This document shows positions 38,861 through 51,647 of a stretch of 64,000 bases of DNA, one piece after another. Position numbers and translations under genes: made by a program. The stretch covers positions 4,774,001 through 4,838,000 of the forward strand of contig JANJGN010000038.1 of the NCBI GenBank assembly GCA_026770705.1, written 5' to 3'. The notes beneath the pieces were generated by a model. That model was given only the letters and a program-made list of their open reading frames with translations, was not told the DNA's origin and searched no databases. The stretch's first letter is position 1. Each line of letters begins with the position of its first letter. The stretch comes from Isurus oxyrinchus (taxonomy: Eukaryota).

Positions 38861-39859
38861 ACAATCAAGTTATCAGTATTCTGCAACTGCACCTTCCAAA
38901 GTCCGGGTTTTACTGTCTTGGAAAACAAAGGTAACAGGCACATGGAAACACCATCAGCTGCATTTCACTCACGCTCGAAACTTGAAAATATTTTTCATCA
39001 CTTGGTCAAACTGTGAAACTTCCTGCCTTGCAGTATTATGGATGAAGATAGCACACATGGACTGAAGAGGCTCAAGAAGGCAGCTCACCACGAAATTCTA
39101 AAGAAAATTAGCAATTCGCAATAAAGATTGAGCTTGCCACCTAGGGCCATATTGCAGGGATAAATAGAAAAGGTGGTATCAGTATTAAGTGGAGACAATA
39201 TTGCAGTCCTAGTAATAATGTGTTCCTCATATCAAACACATAACCCAACTGCTGGGAGCTGATAAATTGCACTTGAGCTGCCACATTACCTGGGATGTTC
39301 CATCACTCGCAGAACAGTGGGAAGATGAGAGACGTTTACTTTGCAAAGAGTTAAAAGGAATGATTCAAAAATGCATTGCAAACAGGAATATGAAACTTTC
39401 AATCACCCCACATATTGTGGCAGATTTCTATTATCGTTAGAATATCATATTCCCCTTTGACCAATCTTTGTACTTTTAAGCACATGCACTCCGATACTTC
39501 TGTGTATGTTTCAGTATTAATAAATAACTTGGGTTGACGCACAGTCCACAGCAACAGGGTTTTGCTCAATGTGACCGAAGCTATGGGCAAAAATAGGGAT
39601 ATTTTTAATTCATATAAAGCGCCTCCAAGCCAAATTCTCCACATGATGTTTCTTGCATCCACCTGGGATCGTGAAAATGGCTTAAGTTTTAGATGCCACA
39701 CGATTTGCCGAACTTCAATCAGCGCAGCTCTCCATTAATACTGCAATGAACTATTATTCATTTTAAATTTATGCTCATGCCTCAAAGAAATCGACCCCAC
39801 ACCACATGCTCTAAATTTTCCATCACTTAAGTGGCCAACGTTCCAGGGAAGGACAGGGA

Positions 39860-41200
39860 AACATTACAAAGATACCACGAAGCTCTTATTGAAGCGCAGC
39901 GCCATTCAAATGAATGATTTCGACCAACCATTAACAAAAATGGCGAGACTTTCCATCACTTTGCTTGTAATGCAATGTAGACTAATGTGGCGATATTTGA
40001 CCGGACTGGATTGTTCCTTCCTTTTCTGGACAGGCCATATTTGGGCAGCTTCCAATTGTTTGAGTCATTGCCAGCTTTCTAAGATGTGCAGAAGTCGGAA
40101 ATAGAGTCAGCTTGTTCTGAAGCACTAATCTTCAATTCTACAGCCGGCTCTTTTTTCGGGCCCGTTGCCTTTGTGGCATCCTTTGTACTCAATCGTCTTT
40201 AATATTAAATGGAATCAATTGAATAGGGTGAGGACAGAACACTGGGACGATGGAGACCTCAGAAGGAGTCTGAGATGGATCTTCCACTCGGGAGTTCTGG
40301 CTGAATGTGGATTAAAATCCTTCAGCCATCTCTTTTTGCACCGATATGCTGGACTCCCCCATCTTTAGGGTTAGGGATATTTTTGGAATACCCTCTTTCT
40401 CTTTATTCTTCTATTGTCCACCGCTATTCATGATTGCATGTGGAAGGATTGCAGATCTTTGGTTTGACCAATTCTTTGTGGGATATCTTAGTGCTGTCAA
40501 CACATGCTTTTTAAGCTGCTTGGATTGCACAGGTTTCTGTTTTTTTACTTCACCAGGTCGAAACCTCCTTTTTAGGTCCGGTGGGTGCAGGCCTTGGCAT
40601 GCTGTCCGACACCCTTCACTTTATCAGAATTGATCCCTTCATCTGTTGGTAATGTCAAAGTGAAGGATATAACGGGCCATGAGTTTACAAACTAACATTT
40701 GATACAATGCTACAGCTGCTGATGGCTCACTGCACCTAATGGAAATCCGGCTTTGATTTTCTTGATTTGATTTAGCACAATGGGAGCGCCACACAACACG
40801 ACAGTGTGACAGTTTTCATGTTTACACAGAATGTGTACTGGAGGCTTCTCCCAATACTATGGTGGATAGGTGCCTCTGCATCTACTACAGGTAGTTTGCG
40901 TATGATCAAGTAAGGTGTGTTCTTCCCTGTTTTTGGCTCCCTCACCACCTACTACAGGCATAGTCTGGTCAGTGTTTCCTTGAGCATGCAACCAGGTCAA
41001 TTTTTACCGGTGCTTCAGAGACGCGCTTGGTGATGAACACTGAAGCCCCTAGAGTTCATTCTGTGACCTTGCACCTCTTAGTCTTTCTTGCAAGTGGCGC
41101 TCAACATGGAGCAGTACGGATTCATCAGGGAAGTGTGGGAAGTGGAGTGGGTGGTCATGTGGGGTGGGGAGGGGGAATCAGCTGGAGGCACTTCTTCAGT
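39860..41200 (-). mobile_element. Family B LINE, internal (endonuclease/linker) decayed fragment
   Basis: Shares gctgaagcactaatcttca-type and ccactcggga...tggctgaa-type internal LINE sequence. Heavily decayed, no ORF. Confidence 0.5.
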
Positions 41201-41399
41201 AGGGCCGTTGTGCAAAACAACAAAGCTGCGACCAGTAATGTTGCACAGCTAGTGTAGTTGCAAATAATTTAAACTAAATTAGCTAAGCCTGTGCTCGCCC
41301 AATTACTGAAATAAAAGCGCGAAACAAGCTGAAGAAGGCAATGTTAGTTTTAGATCAAACTAGAAACGCAACATTTAATCTGTTTCATAGACAATAATA

Positions 41400-42165
41400 C
41401 GAGGACTCTGACATATCAGAATGTTGGAAAGAGTTAGGAAGAGGAGTTCCGATTTCAAAAGTCTACAGCATCTGAATAAAAGTGGCATGTGGGATTTAAC
41501 CCAGGAAATGCTAGATTTAGTAAAATGGCCAGTGAGGAACAATATCCATTCAATGTTAAGGTTCTAAACAGTGCACAAGGACAGAGGGACCTGAGGGTCC
41601 GTGTGAATCGATATTCGAAGGTGCCATGACATGTTGAAAGTATCGTTACAACAGGCTGCGGAATTTTCGAGTTCATAAATCGAGAAATTGACCATAAATA
41701 TGTTAACAAGGATGCGGCGCCTTGGCAGCAATATTCGGTGAGTGGAGCTTGGGTTGTTCTCATCGGAGGAAAGGGAATTGATGAGATGTTTGGTAGAAAC
41801 TTCCTAGATGAAACGGGTTGACATAAGGTAGACAGCAGAAAATATGTTCCCAGTTACCGATCGTAAAGTTGCTTGGGTGCAACGTTTTAAGGACCTTCCG
41901 AAATGTGCTGGCAGCACGTGATGAACAAAGGTGTTGATGCAGCGAGTGGTCATGACCTCAAAGTGCTGCCTACAATTGTGGTGGAAACGGAGATGACTCG
42001 TGATTTCAAATGGAAATGTGATAGCTACTTAATGGAAATAAACGTGAAGGGCCACTGAGATAAAATGGGGAGGAGGAGACTGACTAAACTGTGCTTCACA
42101 GATCCTGAATGTTTGCGAAGGACTGAATGAGTTCCTTCTGTCTCCAAATGTCCTGGTAACATTAT
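41400..42165 (+). mobile_element. Decayed CR1 fragment
   Basis: aagtggcatgtgggatttaacccaggaaatg...acagagggacctgagggtccgtgtg...gactgaatga..tccttctgt tail. Confidence 0.6.
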
Positions 42166-45005
42166 GATATGAGGATTTCCCAATGTGAATAGATGAAAGC
42201 AGAAAGCCAAATTGTTCACAGTGCCTTACTCTATCACCATGGCCCTGTATCATCCCTCAACAATTTTGTCGGCCCTGCACTCTCACTACAGGCCTAAATG
42301 CATCGAAAATCATTCATTGTTTCGTCTATATCCCTACACTAAAAGAATCCTTGAAATTCACACATTGCTGCCTTTTCACTCCAGTCCTGTATCAATCCAA
42401 GGGGCATTCATACTGCTCGGCTCTCTCATTACATGCCTGTCTCAGTTCAAAACATTTCACATTGCCTAGCAATTCGCTTCAACCTGGTACGAACCTGGAA
42501 TAATTCACTCTGCCCTATTTTCTAAGTGTAAGCCTCTGGCAATCCGAGATATTTCACCCTGGTGTTTTATTCTCACAATAAGACTGTACCAATCCAAAAT
42601 AACTCACAATTTTCTTTCTTCTCACTATAGGCTAGTATCTATCCAAAATAATTGGCACTGCCCGTCATTCGCATTGCAGCACAGTATTCATTCAAAAATA
42701 TTCTCTCATTATAGGTATGTATCGAACCTAATCAATTATTACTCCCTATGGCCTTTTCGAAATGTAACATTGATCCGACTGCTTTACTCCCCCACCGCCG
42801 CTCCCTGCCCCCAACAACTGCTCTGTACAAATTCAAAACAACTCAGACAGCTCCTCGGAGTTGTCGAACCAACAAAATTATGCCAGGGTAGAACATTACT
42901 GCAGGTATATTACAGAAAGAAAAAACTCTTTAAAAGTTTACCAATATCTGCACTTAGAAAGGAAACTTAAGATTTCTACTATATTGTTACTTATATGTGG
43001 GTTTGTGAGGAATTCAGTATGAGGCTACAACTCATATGTATATCAATACTATACCACCGGATATAACCTAGCAATCCTATGTAAGAAAGCATAAGATTAT
43101 AAATCCACTTTATTGAACAATCTGGATATTCAAACAAATAATGATTTGAAGAAGTTATTCTTAAAATCTAGTATAATTTCTTCACCGTATAGTGTACATT
43201 TTTCTTAACTTTTAAATGGAATTCTCTCATAACTCAACCCTTTTTATCCTACAGATGGCTGAGCTATGTCTCTGTAGTTTTGTGTCTGGGTAATGGCTTT
43301 CACAGGGGCATGCGTCTTGTCTCTGTAGCTTACTGTACTATCTAGCATTGTTCGTTGTATTCTCTATTTTTCTCCAGAATTAGTTCTTATCAACATTTGC
43401 TAAACTGTGAATCCTTGAGGGTCAGATGTTTACCATATAGCTTCTACGGGTTTTTGGCTGCGCTCCAATGGCGAGACATTTAAGATTGATTTATGAGTTC
43501 CCAGGCGTTCTGTTTCTTGTGTTGACAGGATTTTTGGCAATGATACAGATGCTGCATAATATAGTTTAATTATTAATTCAAATTGTAATTTACTCCTCAA
43601 TTTCTTCATTAAATGGGTCATTTATTTTACATGCTTAGTTGTTAATTTACATTGATATACACGATGGCTGCGGTGTGTACAAAGCTCATCTAATTTGTTG
43701 ATGGATCATGCAAATACAGTTGAATTGGCAGGGAGTGACAGCTGATTCGCAGGATTTGTATGTGGGCCTCAGCTTTTCACCGCATTTAGAAGGATCAAAA
43801 TGAAGCAACAGAAAGTTTCGAATCCAAATTGCTGCCGAAAATAAGCCATGTGGTACAGTAAATAGTTTACAGAAGGACAGGACATTTCGAAGGGTTGTTG
43901 TTGGATAACTGAATGAGCAAACTGTGGGAGAAAGAATACAATTTGTGGAAAGGTGTTTTTCTCTGGCGCTTTATGTTTATCCATTGCACGTCACCATATT
44001 TTCTAATTAACGTGAAACTATAAATGATAGTGGTAAGTATTTTCCATATTTTTGTTTACCCGCCACATGTTTATTGGTGTTCGATTTGCAATGCGTAACT
44101 TTAACATCAATCATTGCAGTCGATGACCTGTGATGACCACCATTTTTAACTTCGTTGCTGCGGTTAACAGCCGCATTCAATTCTCCTTAGTAGTGCACTT
44201 TGTTGTCAAGGCTGTGAGATACCCTTCGGAGCCGGAATTCATTATACTCGTAGCCACATTATTTAGCTGAGCTAAATTTTGAAATCTCAGTGTTCGTTCG
44301 GAAAGCCCTGTGTTTGTTCCCTACTTCCGATCGCGTGTCTGTAGCCCAGCTCCGTGCCCCTGAGGAATTCTACTCTGTCGTCCTTCTGACGAGGCTCTAG
44401 GCCGAGGTCTTTCTGCTTTATCAGTTGAAAATCCTCACTACTGCTGCGAGACCTAATCTGCCACTACAGCAATCACTGAACTGCAAAAAAGCCTTTGATG
44501 CGCTTTGACTAGTTTCCACAAAGGCAAAGCCCAAATTGAATCAATGGTGTTCGCTCAAATTTTCTTTTTCATCGTACCTTGGTTCCTTCTGATATTTAAT
44601 AGGAATCCGTTATTACCCATAACTTATTTCCTGTCATTCGATTGGTTTCATTATTATAGCGGTTTAACGTTTCATAACGTTATTATTTACTGTATTTATA
44701 AATGAATAAATGTATTGAGCTTTGACCTGTATTTTAATGCCATCTTCAGGTTGTCCTTGTGTCAATTTAATACGTTAGTGAAGATCAAATCCCTCTATTT
44801 CTAGATTACATAAAATTTACATGAAACGGAAAGTAAGTGTTTTGTGTCATTTTATATTCCGACTTCCACTTTATTTGGGACAATATAAATAAAAAAATGG
44901 ACTAGCATTAATACATTGGCAAATTAATCAGTTCCAGCGTTGAATGACGTATTGATGGTCCACATGCCAAACGGATGTTGTAGCTGGGAGTTTCAGCACT
45001 AATTT

Positions 45006-45052
45006 TTCCCTTCTCTCTCCTTTCTCTCTCTCTCTCTCTCGCTCTCTCTCCC
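45006..45052 (+). repeat. (TC)n microsatellite forming the polypyrimidine tract of the GPCR relic
   Basis: Seen directly in the sequence. Confidence 0.9.
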
Positions 45053-45058
45053 TTACAG

Positions 45059-45215
45059 CTAACTTGTTGACTATCGTGATCCGTTCCCGAGGAAGATGTG
45101 GTCTTTCCAGATACGCAGAGTCCATGGCGGTGACAGATCTCCATGTTATTATCATTACACTGATATTAAGCCGGTTTACGGCTGTTTATTTTCCAGTCAG
45201 TTTTCTGAGCCACTC
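45059..45215 (+). pseudogene. Truncated GPCR exon-2 relic (fourth family member)
   Basis: After a (TC)n tract and ccttacag: ANLLTIVIRSRGRCGLSRYAESMAVTDLHVIIITLILSRFTAVYFPVSFLS. This aligns to the start of exon 2 of genes 2/3 with a 12-nt in-frame deletion. Similarity stops at about 45215. Not in the ORF track. Confidence 0.8.
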
Positions 45216-46369
45216 AAAAAACGAAACGGAAACATTCTGAATCTGAATTCTACGTTTCTTTTTCCGGAATTAAGTCTTTTCAATCTTTATTCAACTGTGA
45301 AGCCTTGAGGGTCAGATGTTTACTGTCTAGCTTCTCCGGATGTTTGGCTGTCCTCCAACAGCAAAACATTCAAGATTGTTTTATGTGTGTCTGCGATTTC
45401 TGTGTCTTGTGTTGACGGACGTTTTGGTAATGATACAAATGATGCACAATGTAGTTTAATTGTTACTTCAATAATGTCATTAAAACCAGAATTTCTTAGT
45501 TAAACAGGTCATTTATTTTACATGCCTAGATGTTAATTTAAATTGATATCGACATAAATTTAACTCGCGATGGCTGTGGTATGTACAAAGCTCATTTAAT
45601 TTGTTGATCGGTAATGTGAATACAGTTCAATTGACAGGGGGTGACAGCTGGTTCGCACGATTTGTATTTGGGTCTCAGCTTTTCACCGCATTTAGAAGGT
45701 ACGAAATGAAGTAACAGTAAGTTTTGTATCCAAAGTGCTGCCAAAAATAAGCCATGTGATACAGTAAATATTTTAGATAAGAAGAGGACATTGCGAAGGG
45801 TTGTTGTTGGATAACTGAAAGAGCAAGCTGTGGGAGAAGGAATATTATTTGTGGGAGGGTGTTTTTTTGTGGCGATTTGAGTCTAACCATTACAGATCAG
45901 CATATTTTCTAATTGGCGTGAAACTGTAAATGATAGTGGTATGTATTTTTCCATATTTTTGTTTACCCTCCACATGTTTATTCGTAAATTTATCAAATAG
46001 TTGCAATCGATTAACTGTTATGAAGAGCACTTTTAACTCTGTTGCTGCTGTTAACTGCTCCATTCAATTCTCCTAAACTGCATTTTGTTGTCAACGCTGT
46101 GTGATACGCATCGGAGTTCATGACTGATGTAATCCTGGCCTTAACTCCGTTTTCCTGCCAGACTGAGTAACCATCGGATCTCTTGTCGATCAATAATTTG
46201 TCTAACTATGCCTTGAATATATTTAGTGCCCCTGCCGTCTCTTGGTTTCTGGAGAAGACAATTCCAAAGTCTCCAGAACCTCCTCATCCCCTGATACTTT
46301 TGCCTATGAACCTTCCTTTATCAGTAACAATAGACCTAGATTTTGTCGTGGAAAATCACAATGAATAAA

Positions 46370-47335
46370 ATCACTCCGGCTGAGATCAGTCTGCACTGAA
46401 AATCATGCTACAGAACTGCAATTACGCAAATTGAATGTAACCTCACTGATCAAGACATCTGCACACGAAGCATAGCTGCTGGGAAATTAAAAGGTTCACA
46501 GTGATCAATTGGGACTGTCCACCACAGTGAACCACAGAAGCTCAAATTAAAAGTAAGAATGCAGAACTAAACCAGTCCAGTCTGAATGCAAATGTCCATG
46601 TACACATTTATTAACACCGAGCAGACTTTCATAAATCTACACGAAACATAACCTTGCTCGGCCAGTCCTGTCTCCATCGAATACAGCAGTAATGAAATTG
46701 ATTATTCTATATGGAATGTAATCACGCTGAAGTGAAATTTTCCACTGCAAGAAAGAAAGTGTTCACAGCCGGGGCTGTGCACATTGTACGTAGTTGTGTT
46801 CCACTGGACAAAGTTGACAATAATCGGGCAAAAGGTCGTCCATGTACATTTAGTGTAACAGGATGGAAATTGGCCTGTTCATACTGAGTGCAGCTGTGCA
46901 CAATTTAACCTGAATGCAGTGAATGCAATTTACTGAACTGGACAGTCACACCAGCGTGATAATCCCCTAAACTGGTTTTCCACTAAACAGTGATTGCTAA
47001 CGAGCTGAACAGGACTTTCTACATGGCATTTAACCATGTTGATTTGGAGCGCTCCATCATTAATTTAATCGTGCTTAACAGGAGGTTGTCTTCTCTGAAT
47101 GTGAGTGGACTGAGCTTAGACTGAAAGCACGAAACACACACGTCCTGAACTGGATCTTGCCACACAAAATGTAAATTCACACACCTGTGCACTTTCGTTA
47201 TTGCCAGGATTGACATGGCTACACTAACTGAATTGAACTAGTCCACAATGGAAGTAACCGTGCCAAACCAGGCATGCGCACAGTGAATATAACCGTGCTG
47301 AGCTGCACATTTCTACGCTGAATGTAAACACCCTG
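46370..47335 (+). repeat. Degenerate tandem repeat, about 35-bp unit, upstream of GPCR gene 3
   Basis: Units such as gtgccaaaccaggcatgcgcacagtgaatataacc / gtgctgagctgcacatttctacgctgaatgtaaac. Approximate consensus GTGCTGAACTGGACNTGTCCACACTGAATGTAACC. Confidence 0.6.
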
Positions 47336-47339
47336 AATG

Positions 47340-48500
47340 GAATTAAACAGGAAACGATGGAAATACTCAAGATATCCGGCAGCATGTGACCTTTCATCAG
47401 ATCAGGCAAAAGTTACAGATAGAAGAGTTTTTATGCAAGTGTAGAGCCAAAAAACGGATTTGGGGGAAAAAGGTTCAAAAGGAGATGCTTCTGGTAAATG
47501 GGAAAACAGGAGAAATCAAATGACAAAAGCAGTGATGGTGGAAGTCAAAGTGGAACAAGGAAAAGCAGAAGAGGAATGTCTAAAAGATGGCAAACTGTAT
47601 ATAACAGAATCAAAATCAAGAAATTTTTTCACAACGCAATAACAAAGAGCAAAGATGGAAGAAAAATGCAGTGGGTGTGATCACGATTGTTGAAATTTAT
47701 GGAAAATCCAAAAGCCTAGAAAGTGCCTTAAGGAAATATGAGATTTTACTCCTGGAGCACAGGTTCCATTTCATTGGAGCAGTAGGAGGGTTCAATCACA
47801 GTCATATCAAAGTGAGAGCGGAACAGATAATTAGGTTGACAAGTGACCAGAAGATCACACTTGTGGACCGAATGGATGTACCTGAGAAATTATCACCAAT
47901 CTACATTTAACCTCCAGGATGTAGAGCAGACGGCATATTGAGCAGTGAACAGGGTATACGCAATGGACAGAAGTTCAAACAAATCGATTTTCCATTTAGA
48001 AGCATTGTTTGGGACGTAGGACAGAGAGAAGGGCAGGGAGGCAGAGGCTGGCGTTGCATGTTCATTGCGTGCATGGGAAGGTTCTTCGGAAAAGGAAGGG
48101 TTGGATTGATTTTAGAGGAGGCAAGTGCGGAGTGGAGCAAAGACCCATTCTCAATGTTAGAGAGTAGAAGTGAGTTGGGCATATTGGGCAGTGACAACAT
48201 GCCGGATGAGTTTGAAAATGCAGAGGTGGACCAAATGATACTAGAGATGTGTGGAATGGTAGGCAAGGGCAAGGAGAAGCCTATTGTGGAAACTGGAGGG
48301 GGAGAAGGTGTGAAAGCAGAAGTCTGAGACATGTTACATGCACGGCGCTGTGTTCTGTCAACCACGGTGCGCTGGAAATACTCGGCTGAAGTAATTGGAA
48401 GCTCTATTGGAGAAAGCTAGAAGGGATAATCGAACATATTCAGCAGAAACTGAGATTCTGAGAGAACGGAAAAGTTCCTTTCCAGTAAGCGAGGTGCATG
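47340..48500 (-). mobile_element. Penelope-like element fragment (GIY-YIG endonuclease region)
   Basis: Decayed minus-strand frame TFPC..TCN...CVYPVHCSICRLLYILEVKCRL matches the PLE pattern VYxxxCxxC..LYIGETxxRL. Terminal palindrome-type sequence at 47340-47460. Confidence 0.7.
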
Positions 48501-48979
48501 GATGTGTATTCAAGATAACTGGGTTTTGGTGAGCTTCTGTTGAATATTGGGCCATAGCCAATTCCCCGATGTGTCCACATCAAAGTGGCAGAAGGAAATA
48601 TAAATTTCAAACATGGAGCAAGTAAGTGCATGGGGAGGGTTACATTCCAAAGCAAACGTAACCTCATTTTCCAGTTCAGGGGTTGAACGAGATCAATACT
48701 GATCTGGTCATGAATATACCAGGCAAAAGTGTGATGGAGGTGCCTGAGTGGGACTGGATCAATAATTCTGCTACAAATCCATCTAAAAGCCAAACAGAAA
48801 TAGGACACAAGCCAATACCCATAGCATTGGTGTTTCATTTACAGATTTAATTGAGACACTTTTTGTCGTGAGTTGACATCCAAGCAGGCAGAGAGGCTGA
48901 GGGTGGATGGCTACTGATTGGTTCCTCATTCCAGAAGGGAAAGGGAGCCACGTTAACGTGATCCGTGTTCACACGGGCT

Positions 48980-49098
48980 GAAAAATGATCAAGAGTGAGA
49001 ACTTTGTAATGTTTTCCTGCGGAGTCTAAATACATGGACGAAAAATGATCAAGAGTGAGAACTTTGTAATGTTTTCCTGCGGGGTTTAAAGCCATGGA
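48980..49098 (+). repeat. Tandem duplication, 60-bp period, 2 copies
   Basis: gaaaaatgatcaagagtgagaactttgtaatgttttcctgcgg is identical at 48980 and 49040. Confidence 0.95.
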
Positions 49099-49277
49099 TG
49101 CTCGTGCACAGTGCTCACTTTCACAATTACAATGGCTTATTTGGCATGTTCTTTAAATTTTAGGAAAAAATGCAACTTGGACCGTACTCTCCTGTCTGAT
49201 TATTTCAATTTGGAGCCGCGCCAGTGTCCTTGAAAACAGATTCCATTCCATCAAAAATATAAACGCGAGCGTGGCAG

Positions 49278-49370
49278 CAGCTGCACTAAAATGTTTTTTT
49301 CAGTTAGTGTAATTAATGTGAAAAGCCAAACCTTCTCATTGTCTCCCTAGAGTCCGACATCATGTATAAA
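49278..49370 (+). promoter_or_regulatory. Proximal promoter of GPCR gene 3
   Basis: CAGCTG (49278), TAATTA (49310), O/E-like TCCCTAGAGT (49344-49353), TATAAA (49365). Confidence 0.55.
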
Positions 49371-49421
49371 TCTAACAGTCTTTCGATGTAGCACAGAGCC
49401 CACTTGGAGCTTATGAGAGAA

Positions 49422-49491
49422 ATGCATGGGATACCAAAAGGTCTTGCGTTCGCCATTTACTATCCCGTTCTTGCAGCTATCAGTATTCCAG
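49422..49491 (+). CDS. GPCR gene 3, exon 1
   Basis: MHGIPKGLAFAIYYPVLAAISIP + G, donor GTAAAG. An in-frame upstream ATG at 49413 is possible. TATAAA at 49365. Confidence 0.87.
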
Positions 49492-50736
49492 GTAAAGTAT
49501 TAGGGTTAGTTACCAGTTACGAGAATCATTTTTCACTCTATCACTTCTTTAATTTAGCTGTACTGCTTCTCTAAGGTTCACCCCATTAAAAGGATAATTT
49601 GTTTTTTTAAAATGTTTTCCCCATTTTGCAGTATCCTTATCTCCACGTTTAGTGCATTCTTCTTTTAAATGAGATTAAACCTTCCCTTTCCTTGCAATAT
49701 TACTGGTCATTACTGGTCTCTTTTCTCCACTTTAAGGCTACAATTTCTCCCCTTCACGAGAACAGTTTCTTCTCATTGCCACTATACTTACTTCCATTTC
49801 AGGGATTACTATGTTTGCTTCGCCAATGCCGTTTTACCTCTTTAACTAAAACTTTTCTCCCAACTTAGCAGTGCCGCCTCTCAGTCTAAACGTAATTAGA
49901 TGTTGTTATTGTCATTATTAATGTGGGCGAAGTATTTAGCACACTAATATCACAGTGCAATGTAAATCAATTGTATTATTGACACAGTCACCATGGATGA
50001 TTTATCACGCTGTAAATGTAGCTCTATGGTGTTATTGACAGAGCTGTTGAATTACCTCACTTTGCCATGTGCATATATTGCTCCTTGCGCTGGAATGTGG
50101 ATAACAGCTATTTCTAAAGTATGATTTTGTATTCACGACCGGTCCTCAGTCTTTTGTTTTAGCTGAAATATAGCATATCGGGCAGTGCAACGTTGCTGAA
50201 GTCCAACAGTTGGGCTTGAACGCTAAACCTTTTGACTCAAAAGTGAGATTGCTGTAAACTGAGCCATAGTAAGCATGATCAGCTTTACTCGTGGCTGTGA
50301 AGTCTTGTTCCTTTGACTTCGAATTGTTACAGCTCAGATGCATCACATCTCCTTCATCTTCTTTTCAGTTAAGTAGTAGCTTTTCTTTTGCTGAACTTTT
50401 TTCAAGCTCTATAATGTATTTGTTAACCTTCGATTTTCCAATGTTTCAGAGTATTCTTATATTTTCCCGTCTCTGAACGTTGAATAAGAACAACTCTGAT
50501 TGTATTTCAGGGTCACAATGCAGGACGTTCAATGTTCACCTTGAGTTAGCCCTTGTGTTGCTGACAGTACAGAACAGATTGCTGTGTTTTAGGATATTTT
50601 CCTCCAGATCATCTTTCTGACATGCTAACTTGTTACTCTCTTTTCAACTGCTGCCTGACTGAGAATTTCCAACATTTTATGTTCTAAATTTCTTTCTCAA
50701 AATTGGCTATTCGCTGGCTGCGTTTCGCTGTCACAG

Positions 50737-51647
50737 CTAATCTGGTCGTGATTGTGATACTGACTCGAGGAAGATGCGGTCTCTCCAAATGTATCACTTA
50801 CTACTTGATGTCCATGGCCGTGACGGATCTTCTTGTCGGGATCACAGTTGTGATATTAAACCGGATTATAGGTATTTATTTCCCGTTCAGTCTCCTGGCC
50901 ATCACTCCGGTCTTCAGCCTCAGACTTGTGCTAAATTATGGAGTCATCGATTCTTCTGTCTGGGTAACAGTGGCTTTCACCTTTGACCGATTTGTAGCCA
51001 TTTGCTGCCAGAAGCTGAAAATTAAATATTGCACTGAGAAAATGGCGGCTGTGGTGATAGGAACTGTCTGTGCACTGAACTGTGTTAAAAGCATCCCCTT
51101 GTATTTTATGTGTGAGCCTGCCTTTATCATTGACAATATACCCTGGCAATGCAACTCAAAATCAATATTTTATACGTCACCTGCATGGGTCGCTTATGAA
51201 AGCATAATCGCCGTTTTAACCCTTTGCCTCTCCTTCTTCCTTATTTTACTGCTCAATGCTCTGACCATCAGACACATTGTAGCGGCCAGTCGAGCCCGCA
51301 AGAGACTCCAGATCCAGAGCAATGGAGAGAATCAAAGTGACCCAGAGATGCAGAAGAGAAGGAAGTCCATGGTTTTGCTCTTCTGTATCTCGGGCAGTTT
51401 CATCCTGTTACATTTGTTAAGACTTATAAACTTCCTCTATGTCCGAATTGCGAATCTTAGCTATGTGGACTCTACCAATTTCAATGAATCAAATTTTCTT
51501 ATGGAGGAAAGCGCACGTATGCTTCAGCTCCTGAGTTCCTGCATCAATCCGTTTATTTATGCAGGGACCCAGAGTAAATTCAGAGAAGAGTTAAAGAATG
51601 GTGTGAAATTCCCATTGAATCTGCTTGTTAAATTATTTAAAAGATGA
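50737..51647 (+). CDS. GPCR gene 3, exon 2; spliced protein about 326 aa, intact
   Basis: Acceptor ttcgctgtcacag. ANLVVIVILTRGRCGLSKC...MAVTDLL...FTFDRFVAIC...RRKSMVLLF...SCINPFIY...helix 8 KFREELK. AATAAA at 51652. Confidence 0.92.

Larger units (their letters stand above)
43400..46115 (+). repeat. Direct duplication of about 820 bp (43400-44230 and 45290-46115)
   Basis: Both copies start actgtgaa.ccttgagggtcagatgtttac and end gtcaa.gctgtg.gatac. Each contains the same decayed CR1 piece. Confidence 0.9.

Noticed and set aside
43769-45890. Two paralogous 71-aa minus-strand ORFs with the same start and stop (43769-43984, 45675-45890)
   Set aside because: They are antisense to a decayed CR1 RT fragment inside the duplication. 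About a third of the residues differ, which gives no sign of coding constraint.
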